The notes beneath the pieces were generated by a model. It saw nothing but the letters and a program-made list of their open reading frames with translations, was not told the origin of the DNA and did not search any database. From positions 46,562,001 through 46,626,000 of the forward strand of contig CM126212.1 of assembly GCA_052327205.1 (NCBI GenBank): a stretch of DNA of 64,000 bases, written 5' to 3'. Origin of the DNA: Somniosus microcephalus. Taxonomy: Eukaryota. Numbering within the stretch: the first letter of the stretch is position 1; each line of letters begins with the position of its first letter. The position numbers and the translations under genes were made by a program. This document shows, piece by piece, positions 55,401-64,000 of this stretch.

Positions 55401-58400
55401 TTCTCTTCATAGCTTTACAAAGCTTTTATCACACAAGTTAGAGGTATTGGACGAGATTGCACTGTCTGGGTAGAGGTGAACAGTTAGTGATTAGCTATTT
55501 TCTCTCAAGATACCTCTAGGTGTGACAAAAACTAGAAACCTCAACTTAAAGCTCAAGTTTGTGTGTGGGCAGTGCTGGAGGAATGGACAGGTCAACGAGC
55601 CAGACAAGAACAGAAAATACTGCAATGCTAAAGCAAGACACCCGTAAGTAGTTAAATCATCAGCACGACTGTAATTCAGTCAAATGAAAAGTATTCCTGA
55701 ACGATTGATCTACTATTCTGAGTATTGTAATTGCAATATAGCACCACAGACAACTGTGTAACAATTTGTTTATTGCTGTTGATTGCTTTTACTGATTCCT
55801 ACACTTTTAAAGCTGTTTTGTACAATACATTTAGATTATACAAGAAGCTGTGAACAGTTAATGTAAGGATTAGTTGTATAATAGATCAACTGCTATGATT
55901 AATCTGTTACAATTCAGTATTTTTAAACTGATGTAAAAGATTCTCACAACTTTCATAACCTGATGCATGAGGTTGGAAACTCTTCAGAGTACAATTTGAC
56001 TACTCTGTTATTTTGCTGGTTACAGAGTGGCACAGTGACACATTGGCCCGAAATTTGCTGTGGCAGGGCAACGAACAGTGCCCGGCGTTAGTTAGACTTG
56101 TCCTTGCCTGTTTAATGCCACTGATGATTTATCCTGCAAGTTGCTGGAAGTGAGAGATGGAAATGGCGCAGCGTCCTCTACAGGGCATCTGTGATCTGAG
56201 TGAACAGGACAAGCAACTGTGCATCTCCTGAACCAATCAAATTAAAGGATTCTGAAAGTAACAGTACAAAGACTGAGAAAGAAGTGTAAGTTAGAATGGT
56301 GAATTCAATGTTAAATCAGGCACAGAAAGATAAATAGAAGGAAAGAAAGATTGGATTAAGAGAGAGGGGAGACAGAAGGACAAAGTAAAACTAAAATCTG
56401 AAGGAATGAGACTCCACACTTGTAGTAGTTAATTTTCAGTGCCAGGGAGGTTGACTAGCTGTAATTAACACATCACTTTGTTAAAAGGGAACTTAGACTT
56501 GAAATGACTTAATTTTCTGTGGTGAGTTTACTTCGTATCTACAGTGCAAGTGCAGGAAGTTCACGCCACTCAATGCATTTGAATGAGGAGCCATACAACG
56601 AGATGCTGTTTCCATGAAGCTAACAACAGAGCGTCGTATCTCCGCAGCAACTTTTCGATTTCTGCATTTAATCGTGCATTTAATCGTGCATCTGCCTCCA
56701 CCTGAGGTTGCTGTACCATTTGTGCATAAATAATAGCGAGCGCTATCAGCCTCGCCGTTATTTCGTGCTATTAGCCTTTGAGGCCTTTGTGTTTTGTGTC
56801 CAGTCAGTGATAAGATGTCCCTTTGAACCCATGATTCCCATTTCTCCCATCCTTCTGTGTGGAAATTAATCTCCATATAGTAGCAAGCTACTTAGGGTCA
56901 ATATCAAAAACCTTGGCCTCTATCAGTCATGAGCATCTGTTTTATTTTAGTCATTGTGCAAACAGCATCGTTGTAATGGACGTATACTACTGGTAAGGAA
57001 ACATTGACCTCACTTGCAGTATCTTTCTGGACTTAAAATGTAACATTAATTTTTTTTAACTGTTTAAAGTTGGACCAAAGAACGTCGTGTGCTACTAGTG
57101 ATGTCCAATGAACGTAAGAAATGGACAACTATACGTCCTCTGCCATCAAAGAAACCAATTCCTCAACAATTTGATGTAAGCGTTTTAAATAATATAACCA
57201 TTGTATAAATGTGTTATTCCAAATTGAGCATCCTTTTGTGACTCTCTTTCTGTTTCAGTTGTGCATGCATATAGCGAAAGGAAAGAAATGTGTGTACATT
57301 GGGAACTGCTCATTTGCCCACAGTCTTGAGGAGAAAGACATGTGGACCTATATGAAAGACAGTAACAGTAAGTGCAGATTAAAGCTTTATTGTCTCGGTT
57401 TGAACTGTAAAACTACCTTGAAACCTGTAGTCAAATAATTTGAGTCGAATTTGAAATGACTGGTTGTTATTCACAATGAGAACAATCCTTCCCTTTTGAT
57501 TCTTGAAACAACACAGTTCTACAATTCCCATTGAACCAAAGCCTATGTTTTCATTTGGGAAGATGCAGGTAATTATCTTCTCATTTCCTTTGAATTTCAC
57601 TGTAGAAGTACAAAAAAATCCCTTATTACGGCTTCCTAAATATATACAGCAGTGTTGTTCTGCAGTGATGATGGACAATAATGGCTCATACTATTCAGAA
57701 TCAGAAATCACAGCTCAGTTGGAGGCCATTCATTGTGGTAATCATTCAGACCACCGTGGGTTTATTTTTAATTAATATATTAGCACCTAATACATATTCT
57801 TTGGGGGGGGGGGAAAGTTGCAAGCTTAAAAATAAGGTAAAAAATATGATCTACAAATACTTTGCTTGTGGTAGGATATCTGAAATCATCAAAAAAAAAA
57901 TTAGACTTGTAACTGACTTCCTTCATAATGCTTGTTCAAGTTTCTACAGCGGAGTGTCTTCCACAGACGGATTGTTCTCATTTTAAAATAGTTTTGTTGG
58001 AATGTATGGTGTAAATTAAAGAATCCCGCTACCATGTCACATCAGTGCAGCCTAGATCTTTCAGTCTGAAATTGATCCATTCATTTTTGGCAAGTTGCTG
58101 CTCATCGTTGTTAATCTTCTGCATGACTTGAGTTCCTTTTTCACTGTACCGTTTTAAATTTAATTTTGCCAGTCCTAGACATGGAACAGCTGTATGATAT
58201 GTGGCTGAAGAGCCAGGAGCCAGAGAAGGAGGAAGCAGCTTATGCACCAAAGGAAAATGGCAAACAAATCCACATGCCAACTGACTATGCTGATCTCGTG
58301 GTAAGTGATTAATTACAAGTGCTAGTAGATCAGTTGCTGCATTCCTGAACAGATTTTAAAAAAAAATTGTACTCCAGATTGTAAACTAGTCCACTTAGTT

Positions 58401-61256
58401 ATGTGAGATCGATCAATGACAGCAAGACAATACGCTCACAAACAAATTTCATTTGTTCAAAGTATAATACCCTAAATAAAGTTTAAGTACTTGGGGAGAA
58501 CGATATCTCTCAAGTTACAATTCTTTAGCTGAAATCTTCCTGGGTCTAATCCAAATTCCCGTTACAGTACATTGTCTTTATACCTTAGTTACTTACATTT
58601 TTATCAAAATGTCCATTTATGGCATCCTAAGTCAAAGGAGCCTGGGGAAAGGGGCACTTATTTATACCAGGAATTGCTTTTCACTGCTACTGATCCCAGA
58701 ATTAATGAATATGGAAAAAGTAAGTGGAAAAACTTATAAAGAAAGTGTATTAACTTTCTACAAACTATGATTGACATACCTTTCCTTTTGTTGATTCTAG
58801 TTTTTCTGTCCTCATAATCTGAAACGAAAGAAAAATGTTATAAAATAAATAGCTAGTTCTTAGCAGGAAGTTGGACAACCTACATGTATGTTCATGTATA
58901 TTCAACTAAGAAAGAAAACCTAAACTGCAGCATGGCTATAAATTGCAACAAGAAATGAGATTAATACCTGTAGACAGCTGATAGTGTCACACCTTGAAGG
59001 AAACTTATGGCTTTTTCCTATTCTGAAATGGCCTGTCTTGGGAGTGTTTCTGAAAGTGAGTTGGGTCCGGTTGGCACATAATCTCCCTATTTGTATTCGA
59101 AGGTGGAATCAGCAGCAAAGTGCACATTTAGCACAAAGTTGCAAATCTGCTACTCTGGTCGAGGCCTTCTTTGACGTCAGAAGAAGGTCTGTACAGGCCA
59201 ATAGTGGTAAAAGAGCATTGCTGGCTTGTGCGAGTGGAACGAAAGGTCAGCCCACCCACAGCCAAACCCAAGGTTTTACATAGGATATACGGCACAGAAA
59301 CGGGCCATTCGGCCCAACCAGTCCATGTCGGCGTTTATGCTCCACCCAAGCCTCCGCCCATCTATTTCCTCATCTAAATCTATCAGCGTAACCCTCTATT
59401 CCCTTTTCCCTCAGAGGCTTGTCTAGCCTCCCCTTAAATGCATCTATACTATTCGCTTCAACCACTTCCGGTGGTAGCGAGTTCCACATTCTCACCGCTC
59501 TTTGGACAGAGAAGTTTCTTCTGAATTCCCTATTGGATTTGTTTAAAAGTTACATTTTGCAATATCTATAGTACATCTTGGATTGAACCCGAGCTGCTAG
59601 TTTCACTAGATCACTTTTCTTTGGGATGACAATCTGATTTAGCTATGGATGTGTTCCAATAAATAAACTTGATGCAGTTACGATTCTAATATTGAAGAAA
59701 AATGCCCAAATCCTACCTGTACTTTACCTTTCTGATGCTGACTGATCTGTGTGTTTCTAGCATTGGCCATTTTTCTTTTCATCTGTACTGTGAGATTCTG
59801 AGATCAGTTGCTTCTGCTCTGCGACAGCTGCTTAGTAGTTTTCATTAGTGTTTCAGGCCTCTATAAAGGAAATCATTAATGGAAATTTAAAATCATTTGT
59901 ATAGCTTTTTATTCATCTTATTTACCATAACACTTTTCTCCAGTAAAAGGGAAATACAACCTAAACTACAGTTTTGCATTTTTTTTGCTTTTGTATATAC
60001 TTGATGATTTTTCCTTCTGTCCGTGTGTTTTTTTTAAAATAATGGAATGCTTTTAAAGGGAATTACTCTTGTCTTTCCTTCAAAGACTGGCTATCACTGT
60101 TGGCTGTGTGGGAAGAACTGTAACAGCGAGAAGCAGTGGCAGCAGCACATAACCTCGGAGAAACACAAAGAAAAAGTTTTTAGCTGTGAGGATGACCAAA
60201 ACTGCTGGCAACATCGCTTTCCAACAGGACAGTTCAGTGTTTGTGAAACGTAAGAATCCGTTTAATTCATGTTTTTACCTACAAAATAATTTGGTTTTGT
60301 TTGGGAAGGAGGTTTACATCATTCAGGTAAGAGATAACTGTATGCCAGAACCTTTAGTCCAGTTATAGTGGCATGTAGTAATCTGTATATAAACTCAAAA
60401 GTAGTACAGCACTCGCCCTGTGTGTCTTTATAATTTACGTACCAGACACAGTGGAGGCCACTGTTAGTTGTGCTATATGACATTAAAGGGCACTTGTACC
60501 ATCTCTCAATTCCTGGAGATTTTCATTTATTTCAACCCTTAACCTGCTGTGGGTTTGTCTACTTGTTGAGGCACAATCTTATTTCTCATTTGAGTAGCTT
60601 TATTAATCATGTTTCTTTCATCATCACCTGAAAACTCACAAAACCTGCCAGCCCAGGGACAGTAATTTCCTTGGTCCTGGCAACACTTTTACGGTTAAAA
60701 ATTTATTTCACAACTGACTTCTGATAAATGGTAACTAAACATTTTCTTACAGAATTAGGAAAGTGAATTGGGATAAAATATTAAAATGGCAAAGACAACA
60801 CTGATTCTTGAATTCTGTATCTTCTTTAGTGATACTATGATACTGTGTCCATTGGTTGTTTAAAGGACTTGAGTTCCATTCCCCACCCCACCCCCAGCTT
60901 CGTATCATCTGTTGAATTTGACCACATTGTATTAAGAGAATTATCCCATACAGCCTTAATTTGAAAGTTATTGTATCTGTAACCTTGCATAATGTCTATT
61001 TCAAAGCAATGTGTTATGGAAGTAAAATACCAGTTGGAATGTAATTAGTGTTTCTGTTAATTACAGGCATCAGACAGGTACCTGCGTGGATGGTGAGAAT
61101 TGTCCATTTGCTCATAGTAAAGCGGAATTGCAAGAATGGATGGATCGAAGAGAAGTTCTAAAACAGAAAGTCGCCAAAGCCAGAAAAGACCATTTGATTG
61201 CCCCAGATGATGATGACTTTGGCAAATTTGATTTTTTGATTAAAGACTTAAATTAA
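25444..61256 (+). CDS. ZC3H7A: Zinc finger CCCH domain-containing protein 7A, spliced CDS span (21 exons found, first coding exon missing)
   Basis: Exon translations match remembered human ZC3H7A: AKCSLAVPQ, KKIRPRPTK, EECRYPGHCTFAYCQEEIDVW, CLVHILRETTVKYSKIR, CGKNCNSEKQWQ and C-terminal ARKDHLIAPDDDDFGKFDFLIKDLN*. All introns GT-AG with consistent phases. Confidence 0.95.
26510..26579 (-). mobile_element. tRNA-derived SINE head
   Basis: Minus strand: A-box tggctcagtggta and B-box gggttcaagtccc. Confidence 0.7.
26812..27006 (+). CDS. ZC3H7A: ZC3H7A exon B, TPR (VFLQDLVRNL...ACYLNM)
   Basis: tatag acceptor, atg|gtaaga donor; 195 nt, phase 0-0. Confidence 0.95.
27456..27614 (+). CDS. ZC3H7A: ZC3H7A exon C, TPR (GLYNQVLDDC...SLAVPQ)
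   Basis: ttcag acceptor, cag|gtaaga donor; 159 nt. Confidence 0.95.
27917..27997 (+). CDS. ZC3H7A: ZC3H7A exon D (DDVVIKLTQELAQKLGLRIRKAYVRAQ)
   Basis: tttcag acceptor, cag|gtgagt donor; 81 nt, strongly conserved. Confidence 0.95.
28106..28165 (+). CDS. ZC3H7A: ZC3H7A exon E (PPLNPVVAVSSVTSAESSNQ)
   Basis: ctcttgccag acceptor, caa|gtaagg donor; 60 nt phase 0-0; poorly conserved linker. Confidence 0.7.
29845..29884 (+). CDS. ZC3H7A: ZC3H7A exon F (PTNGLDSVEDIEI)
   Basis: tctccaaag acceptor, g|gtaaag donor; SVEDIE motif as in human. Confidence 0.85.
30212..30498 (+). CDS. ZC3H7A: ZC3H7A exon G (DFPGLSLEP...EDLDELLDSMSTVEETSL)
   Basis: ttgtag acceptor, ctg|gtaaaa donor; LPAAALVNGG and GEDLDELLDS match human. 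Confidence 0.85.
31443..32161. mobile_element. Harbinger-like MITE family B, opposite orientation to 2567
   Basis: TIR gggctggatattccgatc/gatcggaaaatacgggcc; 3-bp TSD AGC; seems nested in an older repeat (about 31190-32545). Confidence 0.8.
33577..34036 (+). mobile_element. tRNA-derived SINE with L2-type tail (DeuSINE/SacSINE1-like)
   Basis: tggctcagttg A-box, gggttcaagtc B-box, tail gcactatataaatgcaagttctttcttt; ends 70 nt before exon H. Confidence 0.7.
34106..34337 (+). CDS. ZC3H7A: ZC3H7A exon H (NPMNLKG...LPIMESQR)
   Basis: ttgcag acceptor, g|gtaaga donor; phase 0-1; Ser/Pro-rich linker. Confidence 0.85.
36027..36091 (+). CDS. ZC3H7A: ZC3H7A exon I (AKPPGLGVGAGVQGHSTSTYLT)
   Basis: Pyrimidine tract then ggaag acceptor, act|gtgagt donor; phase 1-0 is what is needed to join H to J; low sequence conservation. 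Confidence 0.7.
36845..37185 (+). mobile_element. Penelope-derived non-autonomous repeat with a degenerate hammerhead ribozyme (37081-37118)
   Basis: AGTT-CTGATGA-A-AGGTC att GACCT-GAAA-CATT-AAAT; downstream part homologous in reverse to 21870-21980. Confidence 0.7.
37186..37680 (+). mobile_element. CR1 3' fragment
   Basis: EYCVQF, ERVQKRF remnants; ends ttctgtgattcta. Confidence 0.7.
40400..40583 (+). CDS. ZC3H7A: ZC3H7A exon J (LNSTSSLF...RNPLSDTHEFKQACLSCFKI)
   Basis: cctacag acceptor, g|gtgaga donor; matches human RHPLEGTHELRQAC. Confidence 0.9.
40930..41681. mobile_element. Harbinger-like MITE family A, inverted relative to 3595 and 17171
   Basis: gggggcgattttgtcaatgggg start; reverse-complement homology to 17171-18006. 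Confidence 0.82.
43658..43819 (+). CDS. ZC3H7A: ZC3H7A exon K (DPKGL...HKCKKEILIGR...GPYYICK)
   Basis: ttttag acceptor, g|gtgaga donor; 162 nt. Confidence 0.95.
43955..44550 (-). mobile_element. Older fragment of the same LINE family as 13418-15269
   Basis: Direct similarity, e.g. cccacaatgctgttagg and cacactcctgacttgtgccttgtag. Confidence 0.75.
46549..46754 (+). CDS. ZC3H7A: ZC3H7A exon L (DVAAGEECRYPGHC...FMFLCE)
   Basis: tttttag acceptor, gag|gtaagt donor. Confidence 0.95.
47935..48035 (+). CDS. ZC3H7A: ZC3H7A exon M (ICFDNKPRMI...KHLFEQN)
   Basis: tttcag acceptor, aa|gtaagt donor; phase 0-2. Confidence 0.93.
49685..49866 (+). CDS. ZC3H7A: ZC3H7A exon N, CCCH finger (CRHEVRFGCNREDECFYAH)
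   Basis: aatag acceptor, cac|gtaggt donor; phase 2-1. Confidence 0.93.
51196..51272 (+). CDS. ZC3H7A: ZC3H7A exon O (IAHETITQESKKYWQNMEASAQTGQ)
   Basis: gccag acceptor, cag|gtaaac donor. Confidence 0.92.
51611..52971 (-). mobile_element. 5'-truncated RTE LINE
   Basis: AFFDLTKAF, GVKQG, LQYADD, FPYLGS, CPTC...SHLRTH; (GAA)n tail; 8-bp TSD cttcactg at 51603 and 52972. Confidence 0.9.
55510..55643 (+). CDS. ZC3H7A: ZC3H7A exon P (IPLGV...KFVCGQCWRNGQVNEPDKNRKYCNAKARH)
   Basis: tctctcaag acceptor, cc|gtaagt donor; phase 0-2. Confidence 0.9.
56045..56785. mobile_element. MITE family C
   Basis: ggcccgaaattt start, ...gaggcc end, internal foldback (gcaactt...gttgc); homologous to 4661-5065. Confidence 0.65.
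57070..57175 (+). CDS. ZC3H7A: ZC3H7A exon Q (WTKERRVLLVMS...PQQFD)
   Basis: ttaaag acceptor, gat|gtaagc donor. Confidence 0.93.
57259..57367 (+). CDS. ZC3H7A: ZC3H7A exon R, CCCH finger (CMHIAKGKKCVYIGNCSFAH)
   Basis: tttcag acceptor, a|gtaagt donor; follows an 83-nt intron. Confidence 0.95.
58173..58300 (+). CDS. ZC3H7A: ZC3H7A exon S (ILDMEQLYDMWLKSQ...KQIHMPTDYADLV)
   Basis: tgccag acceptor, gtg|gtaagt donor. Confidence 0.95.
59275..59545 (-). mobile_element. CR1 3' end fragment
   Basis: Similar to CR1 3' ends elsewhere in the window (gagaagtttcttctgaattccc, ggccattcggccc). Confidence 0.65.
60086..60249 (+). CDS. ZC3H7A: ZC3H7A exon T, C2H2-type finger (CWLCGKNCNSEKQWQQHITSEKH)
   Basis: ttcaaag acceptor, ac|gtaaga donor. 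Confidence 0.95.
61067..61256 (+). CDS. ZC3H7A: ZC3H7A last coding exon U, CCCH finger end and stop
   Basis: ttacag acceptor; CVDGENCPFAH...KDLN then TAA at 61254-61256. Confidence 0.95.
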
Positions 61257-62103
61257 TATAATAACCATGGTATGTTTATATTTTCGGAAACGTATTACCG
61301 GTAGAAGTTGACAGTCTCTCAGTTGAAACCAAAACTAAAAGGCATATAGCAGTAATTCTTTGAATTGTTCTCCTGCTTTACTTTCCTACAGTAATAACTG
61401 CTATGGTCTTGTGAAAGTGGCATATAGTAGAGGCAGGAGTGCGGCAGTATTCTCTGCACTTTGACGTGACAACAGGCTGTAGCCAATAGCAATGCTTGTT
61501 GAAAGTTGCAGCCTTGCTTCAAGGTGAAGTGCAACTTAAAATCATGGGGTATATTAAAGTGCAAGGACTTGAATATGTTTTATGATATTCTCTATAATGT
61601 CATAGGAATATATTTCGGAGCTACTAGAGACATGGGGGAAAAACTTTGGATTTGTATGAATGTGAGACTTGAAGGATACAGAATTTGTAAACATTTGAGT
61701 ATCCAAAGAATCTCAAACAGCAGAGGAATAGGAATCAGTAATGTGGCAAATCAATTTTGATAGTTTGTAACAGTTCAGAGATGAGAGTTGCCATCATTGA
61801 ATGTGTTAGAGCAATAGGATGCTTTTTTGATAACTTTTTTTCTTCTAAGTAATAGTTTTTAAGCAAAATCATTTATCAGTATATAGGATGAATGGATTTA
61901 AATTTTACCAGTGTTTAATTATGTGCTCCTTTGTTGGCAACTGGGAAGCAGGTGTTCAAGAACTGCATAAAATAATTTGGTTACAAGATAAAAAAGAATA
62001 TTATGTTTTTGTTATATATATTGCTTGCTATTTAAATGTTGATTTCCTTAAAAATCACATGAATTGCCAGTTGGCAAAAATTATATGGACCAATATTGTC
62101 ATT

Positions 62104-62109
62104 AATAAA
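62104..62109 (+). terminator. Candidate polyadenylation signal of ZC3H7A
   Basis: AATAAA about 850 nt after the stop, with GT/T-rich sequence downstream. Confidence 0.45.
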
Positions 62110-62862
62110 GGATATGAAAATGTTTACATTACACAATGTTGAAGTACATTTTATGCTGTCAGTCAAATTGACATGTCTGTTTTAAGTGCTAGTAGATCTC
62201 CATGGTGTTGCTTACAGTATGTTGCAAAATACATTGTATTCTGTCGTTCTCGTGTTGCTTGTTCTGCCCGTCTCTCTGGTCTCCTTCGGTCTTTTTATTG
62301 TTTTCTGGTTCCCCGTCTGCACTTTTTTTGTTTATTTATCTTTTATGGTTCTTTCTCTAATGTTCTGTTGTGCATTCTCGTTATTTAGTCCCTCTCCCTT
62401 CAATATCTTATCTCATGCGCACCCACTTCGGCCTATCATCTCCCCACACCCTTCCTTCCATGTACTCCTGTTCCTCTCTTTCTCGTGCCTCACCACCATC
62501 AAGAATCATTGTGCATTTACTATATTGGGTGGGTAGGTGGTTGGGGCAAAGTGAATGTGAAACCTGGGAGAGATAGGCCAAAAGGCAGAGGCTCATGGCA
62601 GCAAAGACAGGCGGGTGGGGTGGGGGGGCAATGGGAGGGAAGGGCTGGAAGTGGAGAAGCTGCTGGAAGCAGTGGTTGAGCAACAGAGGCTGGAGACGAT
62701 GGGGTGCTGTGGAGGCACCAAAAACTGGGGGAAAGAAAAAAAATAACGTTTTTAAAAGGAGAGAGAAAAAAAATTACCTGAAAAATCAAAAAATTATGTC
62801 ATGGAATTTGAAGGAGTAGTACTGTGAGGAATAGACCCGGGAGACAAGTTTGGGAGCAGCAG

Positions 62863-62882
62863 CAGTGCCACCTGGTGTTGCA
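62863..62882 (-). promoter_or_regulatory. Candidate CTCF site
   Basis: Minus strand tgcaACACCAGGTGGCACTG is close to the CCACCAGGGGGCGC core; motif only. Confidence 0.35.
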
Positions 62883-63303
62883 GTGCTGAAATGTAATTAT
62901 TATGGTATGTATTTATACCTTGCAGCTTACAAGAAATATCCTAGCATGGTATAAGCATCACACAAATAAGTTTCAAAACTAAAATATATAAAAGATGGTA
63001 GTTTAAAAAAAAAAAAAAAAAAAATGTGCAGTAACATCGGCTGTTTTCTTTTCATGTTGCTGTAACTGGACTTTCTGTTAGTGCACTGGATTCTCCAATG
63101 ATGGCTGTGTATAGTGTGTACAATTTACAGGTGCAAACCTACTTAATTTGATCTTTGTTCCAATTACAAGTGTAAAGAGATAAACTGTATTCACAATGCA
63201 ACAACTTGAAATTTCAGTTTTTATCATTAATGCTTCTGTCATTATTCAGCCTGTGGAAACCTGGACAACTTTAATTTGTTCTGGGAAAATCATATTTGCA
63301 CCT

Positions 63304-63349
63304 TGACGTCATGCTGAGTTGTGACACGTAATCTGCTGGCTTATATAAA
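63304..63349 (+). promoter_or_regulatory. Candidate Pol II core promoter: full CRE plus TATA box
   Basis: TGACGTCA at 63304-63311 and TATATAAA at 63342-63349. Confidence 0.4.
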
Positions 63350-64000
63350 GGCCCTGGAGCTGCATCATAGAAACCCAGTTCATTCTTTCTCCAGCTTTTA
63401 ATGGTTTTCTGCTACTATTACAATTTCTTGACTTCCAGAACTAGGCCCCTGATGTTTTGAGGAATTGTTAATTTACATTATTTGTAGGATCTTCCCACAG
63501 TAGAGACCCTGGTTTCCAAACTAATTTTATGATGGTGTGGCTTGTTGAGAGTATTCCCTTTGAGCAGGATATTTTTCCTGTGGCTTCATTATGCCAAAGA
63601 ATTGGGAGGGCTCCCATTAATTACAATTCAAGCTTTCTCCCAATGCTTTGAACTTGTGTTTACATCAAAAAGCCAGTTTCCATAAGCAAATTCTCATCTA
63701 TGAACTGAAACTTGCAACGTGAATGGGATAGTGTTCACTGGACTTGTTACCCTTTTACCATATTATCTTGCACCAGAGACTAAAGCATTGTTCTGTATGC
63801 AGGGCAATATAACCTTAGATGGGATGCCTAAAATGGTTTTAAAGTCCTCCCTTCAAATCAAGGAGTCAAATAAAGAAGCAGCCAGCAGTTAACACCAGTG
63901 CTGCAAAGAATCACTATGAATCTCCAACTCACGAGGTAGACCTTGAGAACTTAACAGAACAAGTTAGAAATTACTAACAGCTACTTTACATAACATCACA

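Noticed and set aside
63005-63023. A-run as poly(A) tail of a retrocopy
   Set aside because: No TSD or canonical AATAAA upstream; similar homopolymers occur elsewhere (12349-12378)

Overview
Vertebrate nuclear DNA, probably from a cartilaginous fish/shark (inferred from the repeat families, not proven). The + strand carries nearly the whole ZC3H7A gene (TPR repeats plus CCCH and C2H2 zinc fingers). I assembled 21 GT-AG coding exons by hand (25444-61256, 2902 nt, about 966 codons) whose phases chain without a frameshift. The ATG exon was not found and probably lies upstream, so 1-25443 is likely one long intron. The introns are rich in mobile elements: a full-length CR1 LINE nested in an older CR1, RTE, Vingi-like and L2-type fragments, a Penelope-like element (GIY-YIG), tRNA-derived SINEs and several PIF/Harbinger-like MITE families. 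The features most worth following up are: minimal hammerhead ribozymes (intact antisense, decayed sense), a Penelope insertion that carries an inverted copy of its own flank, a CR1 5'UTR with 69-bp TATA-bearing monomers and a candidate intron, MITEs with clustered splice signals and TGACAG palindromes that bracket exons in inverted orientation, and a compact CRE+TATA promoter downstream of the gene. I see no convincing wholly new protein-coding system. Repeat names and edges come from motif recognition only, with no database search.
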